From an uncultured Chloroflexia bacterium (GTDB taxonomy: Bacteria; Chloroflexota; Anaerolineae; Anaerolineales; Anaerolineaceae), in contig OY969938.1 of the NCBI GenBank assembly GCA_963704755.1, positions 3,570,001 to 3,602,000 of the forward strand: a stretch of 32,000 nucleotides of DNA, given 5' to 3'. The notes under the pieces are model-generated. The model was not told the origin of the DNA, made no database searches, and saw only the letters and a program-made list of their open reading frames with translations. Shown piece by piece: positions 30,890 through 32,000 of the stretch. A program made the position numbers and the translations under genes. Numbering within the stretch: position 1 is the stretch's first letter; every line of letters starts with the position of its first letter.

Positions 30890-32000
30890 TCAGGCCAGAT
30901 CAGGATCCATTTGGCTTTCGCCTTGAAAGCGGCTGGAAATCGAACTCAGGTCTAACAGGATGGCCACTTCGCCTTCGCCCAATAAGGCACAGCCGGCCGC
31001 GTCGCGGGCGTGGGCGAGCTGCCCGGTCAGGGAACGGATGAGCACCTGCTGGCGCCCGATCAATTCGTCCACGGCCAGGGCGACCTGGCGATTTTCTCTT
31101 TCGATCACCACAACCAGGCAACCCAGGTAGCCATTCACCCGTTTTTCCAGCCCGCTCAACGGATAAATCGGCAGCCAGTGTTCGGCCTGGCGTACGAGCG
31201 TGTACCCGCCGCCGGCCGATGCGCACGCCAGGTCGGCCTGATCCGGTACGGCGATGCGCTGGATGGCGCTGACCGGTACGACATACAGAATCGATCCGGC
31301 CCGCATGACCATCCCGTCCACGACGGTCAGGTCGATCGGTACCTGAAGGCTGAAGCACAGCCCGCCCTGGGGATTATTTTGGATCTGTAATCCGCCATCC
31401 CGGCTGGCAAGCGCCTGACTTACTTCAATCAGATCGGCTCTAACGGCGTCCCGGCCAGTTCGCGGGCTATCGATTCCCGCACCGTCATCCTGCACCAGCA
31501 CCTGGATAGCCGTCTCCTTCTGGGCCAGGCTAATCTCCAGCCGGGCCTGGCGCGGCTTGCCGGCGGCTTCGCGTTGCGCGGGTGTTTCGATACTGCGCTC
31601 GATCGCATAGCGGACCAGATCGGGCAGCACCCTGCCCAAAACTTCGACGATGGCCTGGTCAAGCTCTACTTCGCCGCCTTCCAGAACCAATCCAACCTCT
31701 TTTTCGTTACGAGTTGAAAACTCATGAACCATCGCGACCAATGGGTCGAGTAGGTCGGCTGCAGGGCAGATGCCCAGGGAACGGACCTGTTCCTGCAGCT
31801 CGGATAAGGCCGCACCCAGTTTCACGTCCACGCGATAGAGTGTGTCCATGTGATGCGACCATTCCTCCAGGAACGAGACCAGGCAGCGGCGAACGTCGGT
31901 CCCATCCGCCAGGGCAGTCTCGACCAGGCGCAGGATCGATTTTCCCAGGTCGTCGTCGATCAATCGTGTCAGCAGCCGGTGGGATGTGGCCTGGTCGGCG
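30890..32000 (-). CDS. CheA-like chemotaxis-type histidine kinase, C-terminal part (dimerisation region, HATPase-like core, CheW-like P5 domain). The 5' end lies beyond the right window edge.
   Basis: The reading frame is open to base 32000 (..ADQATSHRLLTRLIDDDLGK..). The segment LQEQVRSLGICPAADLLDPLVAMVHEFSTRNEKEVGLVLEGGEVELDQAIVEVLGRVLPDLVRYAIERSIETPAQREAAGKP aligns by eye with the CheA P3/P4 junction and N-box. G1 is DDGAGID. The CheW-like domain contains VVDGMVMRAGSILYVVPVSAI..., AVDELIGRQQVLIRSL and GCALLGEGEVAILLDL. Confidence 0.85.
   Translation of the reverse strand, partial: ADQATSHRLLTRLIDDDLGKSILRLVETALADGTDVRRCLVSFLEEWSHHMDTLYRVDVKLGAALSELQEQVRSLGICPAADLLDPLVAMVHEFSTRNEKEVGLVLEGGEVELDQAIVEVLGRVLPDLVRYAIERSIETPAQREAAGKPRQARLEISLAQKETAIQVLVQDDGAGIDSPRTGRDAVRADLIEVSQALASRDGGLQIQNNPQGGLCFSLQVPIDLTVVDGMVMRAGSILYVVPVSAIQRIAVPDQADLACASAGGGYTLVRQAEHWLPIYPLSGLEKRVNGYLGCLVVVIERENRQVALAVDELIGRQQVLIRSLTGQLAHARDAAGCALLGEGEVAILLDLSSISSRFQGESQMDPDLA

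Overview
This is a 32-kb high-GC bacterial chromosomal window. The gene content and the giant DUF11-type surface protein resemble Chloroflexota-like genomes, but the taxon is inference only. I recognised no rRNA, tRNA, CRISPR array, transposase or integrase. Layout: (i) 1-12742, minus strand. One giant gene with more than 4,240 codons in the window and its C-terminus beyond the left edge. It encodes a Sec-secreted surface protein of about 32 tandem beta-sandwich repeats arranged in blocks of four families. A single 1-nt frameshift near 12076 interrupts it. That is why the ORF track shows only a 330-aa fragment plus many long plus-strand shadow ORFs. (ii) 12743-14148. An AT-rich non-coding stretch, a small 102-aa membrane/secreted protein gene, an 80-nt near-perfect hairpin and a strong terminator. 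(iii) 14149-19625, minus strand. Four tightly packed genes: a MacB/FtsX-type ABC ATPase and 10-TM permease, then a HisKA_3 sensor kinase and a NarL/LuxR response regulator. (iv) 19867-21273, plus strand. An AAA+ ATPase with a C-terminal DUF234 / PD-(D/E)xK-like module, behind a near-consensus extended -10 promoter, in DNA that looks lower in GC by eye. (v) Singletons: a TetR-like C-terminal remnant, DegV, an orphan xanthine-dehydrogenase-family molybdopterin subunit and an SDR oxidoreductase. (vi) 26412-30119, minus strand. An ABC-2 exporter operon with one ATPase and two paralogous permeases. (vii) A ~690-bp non-coding region containing a 55-nt inverted repeat, then the 3' part of a CheA-like gene whose ATP-binding core looks degenerate. 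The best candidates for something new are three: the co-directional ABC / two-component / small membrane protein / giant repeat protein island, the ATPase-nuclease-like singleton, and the degenerate CheA-like gene next to the ABC-2 exporter. All family calls rest on motifs read by eye. No searches were run.
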